Shown: positions 9,366-21,916, counted from the first letter of the stretch. The stretch: 64,000 nt of DNA from an uncultured Verrucomicrobiae bacterium (GCA_963762565.1 CAVXLD010000007.1:1-64000), one strand, 5' to 3'. Numbers and translations: made by a program. The notes: generated from the sequence alone by a model not told the origin.

Positions 9366-12186
9366 CGGCTTCTGTGCGCTGCTTCGTTTCGAACCGGTCG
9401 TTCATGAACCGGACCGGCGTTGAGAGGCGACTCGTGGCCTCGGCTGGCCTTCAGTGAAATAGAATCTCGGCGGGGGAGGGGACGAATCCGCGCGACCAGC
9501 TCATGTGCCGAAAGCCGAGCACTCGGCCGCGTGACGGCTTCTTTCAATGCGCCAAGCGAGTCGGTGAACACGTGCATGGCACGACCTCGCCCGGCTCAGA
9601 GAGACATACCACTGAGCTTCGTTCACCTGACTGAACGCACGGATCGGAACGCTTAAAAGCACCTGATCGACCGTTTTTCCCTGGGCGGCGTGGCTGGTCA
9701 CGACCAATCCCTGATCCAGGTGCCAGAGCCCCTTTCGAAGGGAGACCCCGTTATCCAAAGAAATCCCGTCCTGATCGATTGCGGTCACGGTGTGCACGTC
9801 ATTGTTTTTACATCGGTGCTTGGCCTCAAGGTCCCGCACCACAAAATTCTTTGTGATTCGTACACGATCCCCGACACTTAAGGCCAGCGTCTCGATGGAG
9901 TAAGCAGAAAAATTCTTCGCCTGGCGCTAGCGGCAATTCTTTTTCCGCTCCATTCCGCTCAACGATCACCCGGTTCCCGTCTCGCCGCTTCACTCGCCAC
10001 TGCTCGCCGCTCAAAAACTTTGCTTCCTGGACTCCATCCCGCCGCACGCCTTTGGTGATCCGATGGAACTCCACCACCTGGCCGGGCATGTAATGAACCG
10101 CGTCCCTTTTCTCGGCTTCAGTCCAATTGAGATTCTCAAGGCGCGTGAAGAACCGTTCTTCAACGCCAAGTATCCCAAGCCCCCGCAGGTCAGCCCGCAC
10201 GGCATCCGCTACGATTCTAGATTCGGCGTGGGTAGGGGAGACAATCATGGACGTTTTACCCGCTTTCAGCGCTTCGAGATGTTTTTCCGAGAGGGCCTTG
10301 AGGCGGTCGGAATGGTCTTCGAGCTCCTGGATCGCGCCGAACTCCTCCAGGCGCCCAAACCCGCGCTCGGTCTCTCCGGCCGCTAGGTCGTTCACTGCTT
10401 CCCTTAAAGCCGCAATCTGTTGGCGGAAAATTCTTGTGAGAGCCGCTTGCTCCACGAGTCCGCTTTTTTCCAAAATCCGCAGCGCATCGCCGCGTTCCAC
10501 TCCGTGATGCTGGCGGGTGTCGCCAGAGAGAATCAGCCGGCAATGGTTTTCCAAAGCCAGGCCCACCAGCGCATTCATCTGCTTTACGGAGAGAAACCCA
10601 GCCTCATCCACCCAAAGAATCTCGCCCCGAACCCGTTTGCCCAGGTCTTCGTTCTCCATCAGCTGCTGAAAAGTCTCCGCACCCGAGAAACCTTCGCGTT
10701 TCAACACCTCGACCGCAGAAGAGGAGGGGGCGAACACATGGACTTTCTTTCCCGAGCGCTTTTCGAGGGCCGCTACGGCCTCGATCATCATGGTGGTTTT
10801 ACCGGTCCCGGCGGCGCCGCGGATGGTTGTCACCAGGTCTTGAGTCCGGAGAACGTGCTCGACCGCCAAGGTTTGCTCCTCGCTCGCATCGCACCCTCGG
10901 ATCCAGGACTTCCCAACGCTCCGATCCGCCCAGCGGCTCGAACTTCGCCCGGCCGCCCGCGACCCGCTCCAAAAGTTGCCGTTCTTCGGCGAGGACTTGG
11001 ACGGTCGTGAGTCCGTTTGGGCTCCGGACGAACAAAGGATCGGTGGCTGCGAATGTTTCCGCCTCGGCTACCGTCGCCGTCCCAATGGCCCGTCTCAGCA
11101 GCATCCCGGCGGCCTGCAGCGGCCGGCTCACTGAGACTCTTTCGAACAGATGCGCAATCGCCAGAGGTTTCGCCGCATCGATTTCCAAAAGTCCTTCCGA
11201 AGGTTTCGCCCGGACTGCCTCCTTGCTTAACGCTGCGCGCTCTTCAGCGGTCATCTCGGCGCGCCAGACCCGCAACCGCTCTTCGGGATCCAGCACTTCG
11301 GCGCTCTTCTTTTCGCGCGACAGAGCTCCGAGCTCGCTTTTCACCTGTGCGAATGCGTCGGCGAAATCCATCCCGGTCTCCTTCACGAGCGCCCGAGCTT
11401 TCGCTTCCAGGACCGGATACTTCTCGCGGGCCAGCCGTTCAATTTGGTTGGTCCGGCGAGAGAACTTCTCAATCAACTCGCGGGAGACCGAAGCGAGCTC
11501 GAAGGTTCGCTCCGTCCGTCGGATCCCATATCCGCCCTCGACCAGCGCCTTTGCCAGCCGCGCATTAAACGCCGCCTCATAGAAGGGCGCGTCCCGCTTG
11601 ATATTGCCGAATTGCCCCGCTTTCCATCGCGCCTCGAATTCATCATACGTCGCGTTAAAGACAAAGGCGTGAATGTGGTAGTGCGGGTCGGGGACTCCGT
11701 CGACCGGACGAGTCACTCGATGGGTGAACGCCGCGTACACCAGGTTGCCGGTCAGCCGGTCTTCGTCCCTCTGGAGCCCGTCATCGTCTTTCCCCCGGAC
11801 CCGCGCCTCCATCCGGCGCTCAATGTCCGTCATGCGTCTCTTGGAAGGCAGCCTGGATCATCTCCTCGACCCCATGGTCTCCGGTCTCTGCGAGATACAA
11901 CGACACCGACTTAGGAACGCTAAAGGTAAAGTCGTAACCGGCTCGCCGCTTTTCTTTGGTGCGCTCGGTCAGCGAGCCGCCCTCTGGCGTTCTCATTCGA
12001 CGGCAAGACGAATAAAATCGTCCCGCTTTACTTCACCGGCTAATCCCAAGCGACTCGGCGCCTTGTCCACCCCAAACGCCTTTACCGGTCGACCTCTGAT
12101 TTTGCGTAGTAGTCCGCCTTTTCCAAGGCGCTATCGAAGTATTTGGCCGCCGCTTCCGGCGACACTGACATCGTGATCCTCAGCAT
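9362..12186 (-). pseudogene. MOBF (TrwC-like) relaxase-helicase, split by several frameshifts
   Basis: Start MLRITMSVS at 12186, ..ADYY, YDFTFSVPKS, HUH motif PDPHYHIHAFVFNAT, FSRRT, helicase GAAGTGKTT, VDEAG and TSHAAQGKTVD. Frameshifts may be sequencing errors. Confidence 0.9.
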
Positions 12187-12189
12187 CTT

Positions 12190-12498
12190 TTTGTTTTTCC
12201 AATTTGAATTGTCGACTCGAAAAAAATTCCGCGGTTGCCGCGCTGGGTCCGGGTTCGTGATTGGCGCAAAGTGATTATTTTCCGGTCGCCGTTTTAACCC
12301 GCAGACGTCTCCCCTAATCCTAGGCGGATTAGGGGAGCCGTTCGCTTCCGCGAGTGATCAAGAGCGGTCATAACATGATCACTTCTGATCACTGTTGATT
12401 ACTTCTCGGGGCGTTTTCTCCTTGCAAAGTGATCATTAGTGATAACATATAAGATACAATAATAGGATATATAAAAGGCTAAATCATCTGATCAAGCG
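12190..12498. promoter_or_regulatory. Putative oriT / divergent promoter region
   Basis: Lies between the divergent relaxase and stbA-like genes. Contains a 12-bp perfect hairpin CTCCCCTAATCC-N5-GGATTAGGGGAG (12309-12337), clustered TGATCA motifs and an AT-rich tract. Confidence 0.6.
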
Positions 12499-12885
12499 AT
12501 GAATCAGCACAAGCGACCCGGCGGTATTCCCGTACAAGTCCAAATTGCGGCCCTATGTGGATGAGATCCGAAAATGGCGACGAGCCGGGTTTACGTGGGC
12601 CGCGATCGCGGAGAAACTGGAAGAGCAAGGCTGCAAGACCTAGCCACCAAGCTGTGCCAGTTCATGCGCCGCTACCGTAAAAGGCCGTTCCCAAGCGGAG
12701 CGGAGCCAGAAACGACAGAACTGGTTCCGGTGAGAACAACTCCCGTGAAAAGCGCCAGACGGCTTGTTCCAAAGGAGGCTTCAACCCCGTACTTCGACCA
12801 GCTGGTGGACGAAGCGGTAGAAGCGGCGCGCGAAGCCGAAGAGCGCCCGATCTTCAACGTAGTCAAGCCGACACGGCCTCTCTAA
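12499..12885 (+). CDS. StbA/TraK-like small DNA-binding protein (frameshifted)
   Basis: Stitched frames give YKSKLRPYVDEIRKWRRAGFTWAAIAEKLEEQGCK..LCQFMRRY; first gene next to the putative oriT. Confidence 0.55.
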
Positions 12886-12949
12886 ACCGCCGACCCCGCA
12901 AAAGCTTTTTAACCGAACAAAAATCCAATCCGCATTCAGCACAACACCT

Positions 12950-13725
12950 ATGACTACTACCGTCAGCCGGCTGATTACCTCCTTCCAATCCACCGGGCGC
13001 ATGGGAAGGTCCACCTTCCAACAAGCCTGATCTCCTGGTTTGCTTTCGCAGGAGTCGAGTTTTCCGCGATCGATTGCGATAGCGAGCACAAAACGCTTTC
13101 CAGCTGGTACCCGGATATCGCGACGTTTTTTCCGTACCGGCGTGACGACGATCTGTTGCCGATCTTAAACCTGGCAGGAACCGGACCGGTTGAGCTGATC
13201 GATTTTCCCGCTCAGGCTACCCACTCGGTATTAAACGCTTGCCACCATTTTTCGGCACTCAAGATCTTCGCGGACAAAGGGATTCGACTGACGGTCTGTA
13301 TCTTTGCGAGCGACGAGCGCGCGGCCTTGGCTTCCGGGGCTCAGATCGTTTCCACGCTGGGTGAGGGCGCCGACTATCTTGTGATCTCGAACCCGGCGCG
13401 TTTCACAAGCCAGGTTTTCTTTGCGAGCAAGCTGGCCGAACGGCTCAACCATTCGCCGCACATTCAGATCCCGCGGATCACGGGCGGAACGATCGAGGCG
13501 CTGGACCGGGCGAGCAAACAAAAGAGGAAATCGCTCACTTTCCGGGAAGCCGAGCCGCACCTAGAAATCGGTTCCCGATACGAGCTTGAGCACTGGCGCA
13601 ACCGCTTGTTTGCTCAGTTTGAAGATAATGCCGCCGCTCTTTTACCCGACGAAAGCCTGGTAAAGAACAAGGTCACCCGGGCGGAGGAAACCGTATCGGC
13701 CGCGATCAATCCCTTCGATCTGTAA
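12950..13725 (+). CDS. StbB/ParA-like P-loop protein (frameshifted N-terminus)
   Basis: N-terminal SFQSTGRMGRSTF (deviant Walker A) and LIDFPAQ (Walker B-like); positioned after the stbA-like gene. Confidence 0.55.
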
Positions 13726-13742
13726 AGAGTGCTCGAAAGGTC

Positions 13743-14258
13743 ATGAGCCAGGATGCGCTGGACCTATTGTTAAGCGGGGTGAAGGACCAAGCTCAGCGGA
13801 AACAGATCACCTCCGCCTACTACGCGTTTGCTAATGGCGACCCGGAGACGTTCGCAGTCCAGTTTGCGGTTCTCCTCCGGGCCCATGCGCTCAGCCTGAA
13901 AGTGCTCCCAGAGCGCCTGCAAAAGGCGCTCGCAACTGAAACAGATAAGTTCACTGATTTGATCTTGGCGCATCAGGCCTCAATGAACAAAGTCGCTTCC
14001 TGGGTGAGCCAAGCGGATTCCGACAATGGGGTAGGGGAGAGGTTCGGACAAATCGAAAGACGAATTGAAGAGGGGTTTGCTTTCTACAACGAGGCGCTCA
14101 GAGCCGAGCGAGCCACTATGATAACCGCAATAGCTGCGAGCGATCGCATCTTAAAGCAGGTGGCAGCTCATAGGATTGTGCTCGGGCTCTTTCTGAGCTA
14201 CACGGCCGGTGCGCTAAGTGTTTTGGCCGTTCAGCATTTGTTGCCGTTCTTGTTTTGA
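13743..14258 (+). CDS. Hypothetical coiled-coil protein with C-terminal TM anchor
   Basis: 171-aa ORF with hydrophobic C-terminus; co-oriented with the stb-like genes. Confidence 0.6.
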   Translation: MSQDALDLLLSGVKDQAQRKQITSAYYAFANGDPETFAVQFAVLLRAHALSLKVLPERLQKALATETDKFTDLILAHQASMNKVASWVSQADSDNGVGERFGQIERRIEEGFAFYNEALRAERATMITAIAASDRILKQVAAHRIVLGLFLSYTAGALSVLAVQHLLPFLF

Positions 14259-14462
14259 AACGGATTGGATTCAAGATTGACCTTTTACGATCAGCTAAAC
14301 TCGGGCGATATAACCCCATTAAGTCTTCCGTTTTTTCGTCCCGGAAAGAAAGATCTTCGCTTTTGCATCGCCCTTCACGCTCTTTAGGTGTTTTACGTGG
14401 AGAATTTGGAGTCCAGTCAAACCACCAGATCCGATCAGGATGCGAAACGACCAGAAGAACTT

Positions 14463-16589
14463 ATGACGCAGACAAAGAAGGGTAAGGTTAAAGAAGGTTT
14501 ACCCCATCCTTGCGGCGCAGCCTGGGATGGCGAAGGGACTAACTTTGCGATTTTCTCTGGGAATGCCACAAAGGTGGAACTCTGCCTGTTTGATGAGCGC
14601 GGCGAAAGGGAATTGGAACGAATCGCGTTGCCCGAATACACCAATCAGATTTGGCACGGCTATCTTCCGGGCGTCCAGCCGGCGACAGTCTATGGTTACC
14701 GTGTTCATGGCCCGTATGAACCCGAGAACGGCCACCGGTTCAATCCCAACAAACTCTTGCTTGATCCTTACTCTTACGGTCATACCGGGGAACTGGTTTG
14801 GAACCCGGCTTTATTCGCCTACCAAATGGAAACAGCGGATGATCTAACTTTTGATGAACGGGACAGCGCTCCATTCATGCCGAAGTGTGTCGTGGTTGAC
14901 CCCAGTTTCCAATGGTCTGAAGCGCGAAGCAGCAAACGGATTCCCTGGGCTGATACGATCGTCTACGAAGTTCATCTAAGGGGATTCACAAAAGAGCATC
15001 CGCAAGTGCCCGAGAATCTCAGGGGAACCTTTGCTGGTCTCGGCAAAAAAGAGGTAGTGGACTATATCAAGGCGTTGGGCGTCACGTCGGTCGAACTTTT
15101 GCCTATCCACACTTTTATCAATGACAGCCATCTTCTGGAAAAGGGTCTCACCAATTATTGGGGGTACAACAGTATCGGGTTTTTTGCCCCGGATCCGCGT
15201 TACGCTTTCGAGCGGGAACAAACCCTTCGTGAGTTCAAGGAGATGGTGGCACGGTTGCACGAGGGCGGGCTGGAAGTCATCCTGGACGTCGTCTATAACC
15301 ACACCGCCGAAGGCAATGAACGAGGCCCCACGCTTTCGTTTCGGGGAATCGATAACCGCAGCTATTATCGGCTCTTAGCCGATCAACCACGCTATTATAT
15401 CAATGATACTGGTACCGGAAATACCTTTAACGTGAGTCATGGGCGCGTCATTCAGCTGGTGTTAGATAGCCTTCGCTATTGGGTAGAACAGACCCAGGTA
15501 GACGGATTCCGTTTCGATCTCGGCACCATTCTGGCGCGAGAACCTAATGGGTTCGATAATCAAAGCGGCTTTTTGAAAGCCTGTACGCAGGACCCGGTGC
15601 TAAACACGGTGAAGTTGATTGCTGAGCCTTGGGATTGCGGGCCGGGAGGCTATCAAGTCGGAGGATTTCCGCCGGGCTGGGCGGAATGGAATGACAAGTA
15701 CCGCGATACCGTTCGTGACTTCTGGAGGGGCCAAGCCAAGCCATCAGCCCTCTCGACTCGTCTGGTGGCTTCCCCGGATTTGTTTGATCGGCTGGGAAGG
15801 AAGCCGTCCGCTTGCGTCAACTTCATCACGGCCCATGACGGATTCACCTTGAATGATCTGGTCACCTACAATGACAAGCATAACGAAGCGAATGGTGAAG
15901 AGAATCGAGATGGCAGTTCGGACAACAGATCCTGGAACTGCGGCGTTGAAGGTCCGGCTGAAGATGTGGAGATCAACCGGTTAGAGAAAGGCAGATTCGC
16001 AACTTCCTGGCGACGCTCCTCTTATCACAAGGCACACCCATGATGTTGGCCGGCGATGAATTTGGCAGAACTCAACAAGGCAATAACAACGCGTATTGTC
16101 AGGATGACGCGATCAGTTGGTTAAATTGGGAGATCGAAGAGAAAGGGCACGCTTTGATTCGATTTGTCCAAAGGCTCACCGCGCTAAGGCACCAGTATCC
16201 GATTTTACGGCGGAATCGTTTTTTAACTGGTCAACACGTGGAAGAGGTCGGAGTAAGGATGTGACTTGGATCGGCACGAATGGCGCTGAGATGACCCAGG
16301 AACAATGGCAAGATCCCATATGGCCTGTTTTGGAATGCTACTGGATGGCAGAGCGCAGGCTACCGGTGTCCGCAGAAGCAGTACTGACGCGACGTTGCTC
16401 CTCCTCATCAATGGTCATAGCGACTCGGTACAGTTCAGCTTGCCCGACGATTCCGGAGGGGTCCGTTGGTCCCTCTTGCTCGATACCAATACTCCCGATT
16501 TGGCAGACGAGCCAAAATTTGGGTTCAAAGATCAGTATGGTATGACCGCCAGATCGTTGCTCCTGCTCAGGTTGGAGATGCGACAGTGA
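14463..16589 (+). CDS. glgX: Glycogen debranching enzyme GlgX (frameshifts near 15985-16320)
   Basis: FNPNKLLLDPY, NYWGYNSIGFFAP, DVVYNHTAEG, DGFRFDL, NFITAHDGFTL and GDEFGRTQQGNNNAYCQD. Confidence 0.92.
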
Positions 16590-16689
16590 ACCGGGAGGCG
16601 GTCGATTTCTTGTGAGCAATAGCTAAATGACATTCGAAATTACAACTTGCCTGGCCAAATGTGCCGAGAGACAACTCAGGAGTTCATCC

Positions 16690-17198
16690 ATGTCGGTAGA
16701 ACTAACGGCGTACGACAGTCGTTGGCAGGAGCAATATGAGCGCGAGAAGGAGTGATCAAACGGGTGTTAGGAGCGGCTCTTTCTGAAATCGAACATGTTG
16801 GTAGCACTTCCATTCTCGGAATGTCTGCCAAGCCCGTCATCGATATCGCCGCGACGGTCTCCGGCTTCGATTGTATCGACGAGGAGTGTGTTCGAAGGTT
16901 TGCGGATATCGGTTACACTCATGTTCCTCACGAATGGTTCAAGGCAAGACGCTTCTTTCGAAAGGGACCCGCTGGTGCTGGAAGCCACCATCTTCATGTA
17001 TTCGAAAAGGGAAACGATGAATACGACAAGATGGTTTCGTTCAGGGATTTTTTACGAAGGTCTCCGTCTGCCGCTAACGAGTACTTGGAGCTGAAAGCGT
17101 CGCTTGCCGCAACTTCGGCGGACAGGCAAACCTATACAGACATGAAGGGTCCGTTTGTACTGTCGATCGTGGAAAGGGCGAGAAGAGTTCTTCGATAA
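16690..17198 (+). CDS. GrpB family (UPF0157) nucleotidyltransferase-like protein
   Basis: MSVELTAYDSRW, then a frameshift, then IEHVGSTSI, AKPVIDI, HHLHV, FRDFLR and YTDMKGPFV. Confidence 0.85.
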
Positions 17199-17275
17199 TC
17201 CCGCGCGGGAGTAAGATTTCGTTCTGGCAATCGCGACCGTTCTTTTGACAATAACAAAGGACAAGGAAAGCAGCT

Positions 17276-18744
17276 ATGGTGGAAAGGATTCTACCGTTTT
17301 TTCAACGCGGGGAAAAGGCACTCCGTTGGGCCGGACAGCCCAAAGCGTGGCCCGATACCCTAGTTTTGTGCCGGCTTTCTTCCTCTGCGAAGGACGCGTT
17401 AACGTTAGCCGACGCCAAAACCGGAGTCTTGATCACCGGGCAAACCGGCAAAGGCAAAACTTCCGGTCCCGGGACGATGCTCGCGAAGGCTTACTTGCGG
17501 GCCGGCTTTGGCGGCCTGGTCCTTTGCGCCAAGATCGATGAAGCGGATCTCTGGCGAAAGTATCTGCGTGAAACCGGCCGCGAAGCCACGGCATCTTCTT
17601 TGGCGAGAGCGCCGAGCATTCGTTCAACTTCCTGTCCTACGAATCGGCGGTGTCGGGAGCCGATCTGGAAGAAAATATCGTGAACCTCATGATCGAGGTT
17701 GCCCGGATCACCAATCCTCAAGGGAAGGGAGGCGAGAACGAGGAATTTTGGCAATCCCAGCGCAAGAAGCTGTTGCGAAACATCGTCGGCCTCCTCTTAC
17801 CCGTTGACGGAAACGTTGATCTCTTGCGGATGAACGCGATCCTCAATTCGGCGCCGCAGGACCTTCAACAAGCCCGGGCCGCGGACTGGCGCAATTCATC
17901 GGCGCTCTTCAAGTATCTGGTCAGAGCCGAGCAGCTCGTTGGACAAAGGATCCGCGAACATGAGTACCGTCTCATTGCGGACTACTGGCTGCACGAGCAT
18001 CCCTCAACCGATACCCGGACCCGGTCCAACGTGATCGCCGATTACACCGGGCTCCTGGACGCCTTCCTGAGGGGAAAAATATATGACATCTTTTGCAAGA
18101 CCACGACCGTCAGCCCCGATGATATCCTGGCCGGCAAGATCGTGGTGGTCGCACTTCCTGTGGCCGCGTACCATGAAGTCGGCCGTTATGCGGCGGCAAT
18201 CTGGAAGTATCTGCTTCAGCGGGCCAGCCAACGGCGGAAGCTTGATTCGCCGGAGTCGATCCGCCCGTCCTTCATCTGGGCGGATGAAGCCCAGTATTTC
18301 TCGAGCCCGGCCGACCAAATTTTCCAGACCGTGGCCCGATCGTATCGAGTAGCGACGGTGTTTCTCACCCAGAACCTACCGAACTACTACGTGGAGTTCG
18401 GAGGGCACGAGGCCGGGGTTCACCGGGTTCACAGCCTCCTCGGAAACCTCGCCATCAAATTCTTTTGCGGGAACGACGACACGGTGACCAACGAATGGGC
18501 TTCGAAGACCATCGATAAGACCGTCCAGTACCGGGTGTCGCTCAACGGCGCCCAGACGGGGGAGGGGCACTCAATCGGCCTGTCTCAGAGTGAGGAATTC
18601 GATTGCCCGAGCCGTAATTTTATTGGGCTCAAGCACGGCACCGCCGCGAACAACTACTTGGTCGAAGCGATCGTGTTTCAGAGTGGCCGGCGATGGTCGA
18701 ACGGCCGGAGCTGGATGAAATGTACCTTTAAACAGAAAGCCTGA
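17276..18744 (+). CDS. Type IV coupling protein-like ATPase (TraG/VirD4 family), one frameshift ~17590
   Basis: Walker A GQTGKGKTSG, FNFL, WADEAQYF, ARSYRVATVFLTQNLPNY and LLGNL. Confidence 0.8.
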
Positions 18745-19388
18745 AACTGCCAATGCCGGATCAACTGCCAAGGAGATCCAAGACCCCTGGCCAGGAAGCG
18801 TTCGAGACGCTGGCTTTTTGCTGGGGCGGCGCAGCGATCGCCGCGTTCTTCGGCTGGCAATACAACATGCCGATCGTTCATCCGCTCGTTCAGCAGGTTA
18901 ACCGCGCACTGAGCCCGTACACGCTGCCGTTGCTACAAAGAACCTTTGGCCACGTGAACCGGCGCTTGGCCTTTTGTTCAATCTCGCGGGACTCGCCAGC
19001 ATCCTTTTCGTCCTCTCGATGACGCTGATTCCAGTTCTGGAGCGTCTTTCATTCGCGATCTCATCCGCCGCGGAGAGAGGGAGGGAGGAAGATCGAGGCG
19101 GTTCGGGAGAAGGTTCAGTTTAAAGCGGCGAAGAAGAAGCACGCGCGGTAGGCTCAAAGCGGCCGTGAGAGGTGAGAGGTGATGGGGGGGGCGCGCTAGT
19201 AAGAAATAGGCAAAAATTTCAGCCGGGGATCGGCGGCGTCGCCGCTCGTATTTTTCAAGCAAGACCATCGGAGCAGTAGTCTTCAAAGGATTGTTTCCTG
19301 GTTTCGTTTATGTAATTCGTTTTCTACCGCATCGCTCGCGGAAGAGAGCCGGCCTTAGGTCTTCTCACGAAACTGTTGTACTCCCCTA

Positions 19389-21272
19389 ATGAAATATAAT
19401 CGACGCATGCCGGTTGGCGCTGAGGCACAAAAGGGCGGCGGTACGCATTTTCGGGTTTGGGCGACTACCTCTTCGGAGATCAGTGTTCGGGTGGGTAGCG
19501 ATCCCCAGCTCAAAGCTAATCCAGCGCAGGTCGCGCTGGTTCCGGACGAAAACCAATATTTCTCGGGCTATGTACCTGAGGCAAAGCCCGGCGATTTCTA
19601 CAAGTTCATTATCGAGGATCGCCTGCTTCCCGATCCGGCCGCCCGTGCCCAACACGGTGGCCCGCATGGGTCTTCTATCATTATCGATCCCGACAGCTAC
19701 ACTTGGCATGATGAGCGTTGGGACGGTGTTTCCTCGGAAACCCATGTTGTGTATGAGATGCACCTCGGCACTTTCACTCATACAGGTACCTGGGCCGCTG
19801 CGCGTGAACGGATTTCTTATCTAAAAGACCTAGGCGTTGATGTCGTTGAGATCATGCCGATCTCAGATTTCACCGGGAAATTCGGGTGGGGGTATGACGG
19901 TGTCTGCTTATTCGCACCTTGCGGATTGTACGGCCACCCCAACGAAGCAAAAGGTTTTATCGATCAATGTCACCAGGCCGGTCTCGCGGTAATCCTCGAT
20001 GTGGTCTATAATCACGTTGGAGAAGATGGCAATTATCTTCCCTTCTTTTCCCCAACCTATTTCACGGATCGGTATCAGACGGAGTGGGGGAAACCTTTCA
20101 ATTTTGACGGGCCAGATTCCGGACCGGTTAGAGAGTTCTTTGTAGAGAATGCCAGGTACTGGATACGCGAGTTTCATTTTGATGGATTCCGACTGGATGC
20201 TACCCAACAAATTTTCGATGCCTCTCCCCGGCATGTCCTGGCCGAAATTTCCGCAGCTGCGAGAGAAACGGCGGGAAATCGCCGGCTTTACCTTGTGGCC
20301 GAAAATGAGCCTCAATGCGTAAAGCTGGTGCAGTCTCCGGAAGAAGAGGGGTATGGACTGGATTCGGTCTGGAATGATGATTTTCATCATTCCGCGATCG
20401 TTGCCCTTACCGGACGGGCTGAAGCTTACTATTGTGACTACCAGGGCTATGCGCAGGAATTTCTGTCCGCGGCTAAATGGGGTTTTCTGTACCAGGGGCA
20501 ATATTACGCCTGGCAAAAGAAGAAACGTGGTACCTGGGCGGTAGGCTTATCTCCCGAGCGCTTTGTAAACTTCATCCAAAACCACGATCAGGTGGCGAAC
20601 TCGCTTGCCGGTCATCGCATCCATACTTTAGCGGGATCAGGAGCGGTACGAGCCATGACCACGTTGCTCTTGCTTGGCCCGTGGACGCCCATGCTTTTCC
20701 AGGGTGAAGAATTCGCAGCTTCCACTCCGTTTCTCTACTTTGCGGACCAGCCGCCAGAGATAGCAGCGAAGACAGCGGAAGGACGCGCCGAGTTTCTCAA
20801 GCAATTCCCTAGCTTGTCTTCGCCTGAGGTTGCGCAACATCTGCCGAACCCAAACGACCAATCGACGTTCGAGCAAAGCAAATTGAATTTTGAAGATCTG
20901 CAGACATATACGCCGGTTTATTTTCTGCACAAACATCTCATTGCTCTTCGCCGATCCGACCCGGTTATCAATGGCCGGGAAAGACATTTTCTGGATGGTG
21001 CAGTCTATGGGCCTCATCTGCTGATACTTCGGTATTTCGGACTGGAATCTGGTAATGACCGTCTGGCGGTGTTCAATTTTGATCGAGATCAGGTCATTTC
21101 GCCCGCGCCCATACCGCTTTTGGCCGCGCCTCCGGACTGGACCTGGGAAATCATCTTTTCATCGGAGGATCCTCAGTACGCCGGTCAAGGCGCTCCAGCG
21201 ATTCATTTTGACGAGCGGCTCAGAGTAGCCGGGTATTCGGCGACCGTATTCAGGAGCAGCCCAGTCAGTTGA
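19389..21272 (+). CDS. treZ: Malto-oligosyltrehalose trehalohydrolase
   Basis: FRVWA, YEMHLGTF, WGYDGV, DVVYNH, DGFRLDAT, WNDDFHH, QNHDQVAN and PMLFQGEEF. Confidence 0.93.
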   Translation: MKYNRRMPVGAEAQKGGGTHFRVWATTSSEISVRVGSDPQLKANPAQVALVPDENQYFSGYVPEAKPGDFYKFIIEDRLLPDPAARAQHGGPHGSSIIIDPDSYTWHDERWDGVSSETHVVYEMHLGTFTHTGTWAAARERISYLKDLGVDVVEIMPISDFTGKFGWGYDGVCLFAPCGLYGHPNEAKGFIDQCHQAGLAVILDVVYNHVGEDGNYLPFFSPTYFTDRYQTEWGKPFNFDGPDSGPVREFFVENARYWIREFHFDGFRLDATQQIFDASPRHVLAEISAAARETAGNRRLYLVAENEPQCVKLVQSPEEEGYGLDSVWNDDFHHSAIVALTGRAEAYYCDYQGYAQEFLSAAKWGFLYQGQYYAWQKKKRGTWAVGLSPERFVNFIQNHDQVANSLAGHRIHTLAGSGAVRAMTTLLLLGPWTPMLFQGEEFAASTPFLYFADQPPEIAAKTAEGRAEFLKQFPSLSSPEVAQHLPNPNDQSTFEQSKLNFEDLQTYTPVYFLHKHLIALRRSDPVINGRERHFLDGAVYGPHLLILRYFGLESGNDRLAVFNFDRDQVISPAPIPLLAAPPDWTWEIIFSSEDPQYAGQGAPAIHFDERLRVAGYSATVFRSSPVS

Positions 21273-21559
21273 TCGGATGCGTCACGCGGGGAACTGAATG
21301 GGTTGGAACTTGTTGGCCGTTATGGAGTTCAGTTCATTTTCGCAACTTCAATGAACTTGCATCGTCTTTTAGTAAAAATCCTGTCCGGGCAAAACGCGTT
21401 TCTAAGCCCGTCCTGTATACCTATAGGATTGCGTCCAGGACGTGGCACTAGCAGGATGTAGGCAGCAGTTCGACCCATGCAATCACTGTTAGTCAAAAGC
21501 GTAAAGGCTTTGATGCGAATCCTGGAGCGGATCCACCTGCTACCTCTGTCTCCGCTCCG

Positions 21560-21916
21560 CTAGAAACTCCTAATCGTCCAGGATTTGCTGGGCTTAGTTT
21601 TGTCAGCTCCAGCATTGCGCGCGCGGTCTGAGCGCTTCTGCTGCTCCTCAAGAAATGCCTTTATTCGCTCAACGCTAGCCTTGCGACCAATTGCTGTCCC
21701 GTTGAGCCATAGTTGGATCACAGTCGGGTGGATTCCAAGTTGTCGCGCTAGTTCGCTCTTTGTCATGCCTTCGCGGAGCCGGATACGCTCAACCTCCTGC
21801 ATTAGTCGAGTAAACCTCTTTCGTTCTTCGTCTCGTCGGCCTGGACGCCTCCAATATTTTGAATCTGCCACGCTTTTCTTCCCTGCCTGCCCTAAGAGTC
21901 GAAGGAAAAAGACCAA
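21560..21916 (-). CDS. XRE-family HTH regulator
   Basis: IRLREGMTKSELARQLGIHPTVIQLWLNG; start uncertain. Confidence 0.65.
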   Translation of the reverse strand: MVFFLRLLGQAGKKSVADSKYWRRPGRRDEERKRFTRLMQEVERIRLREGMTKSELARQLGIHPTVIQLWLNGTAIGRKASVERIKAFLEEQQKRSDRARNAGADKTKPSKSWTIRSF

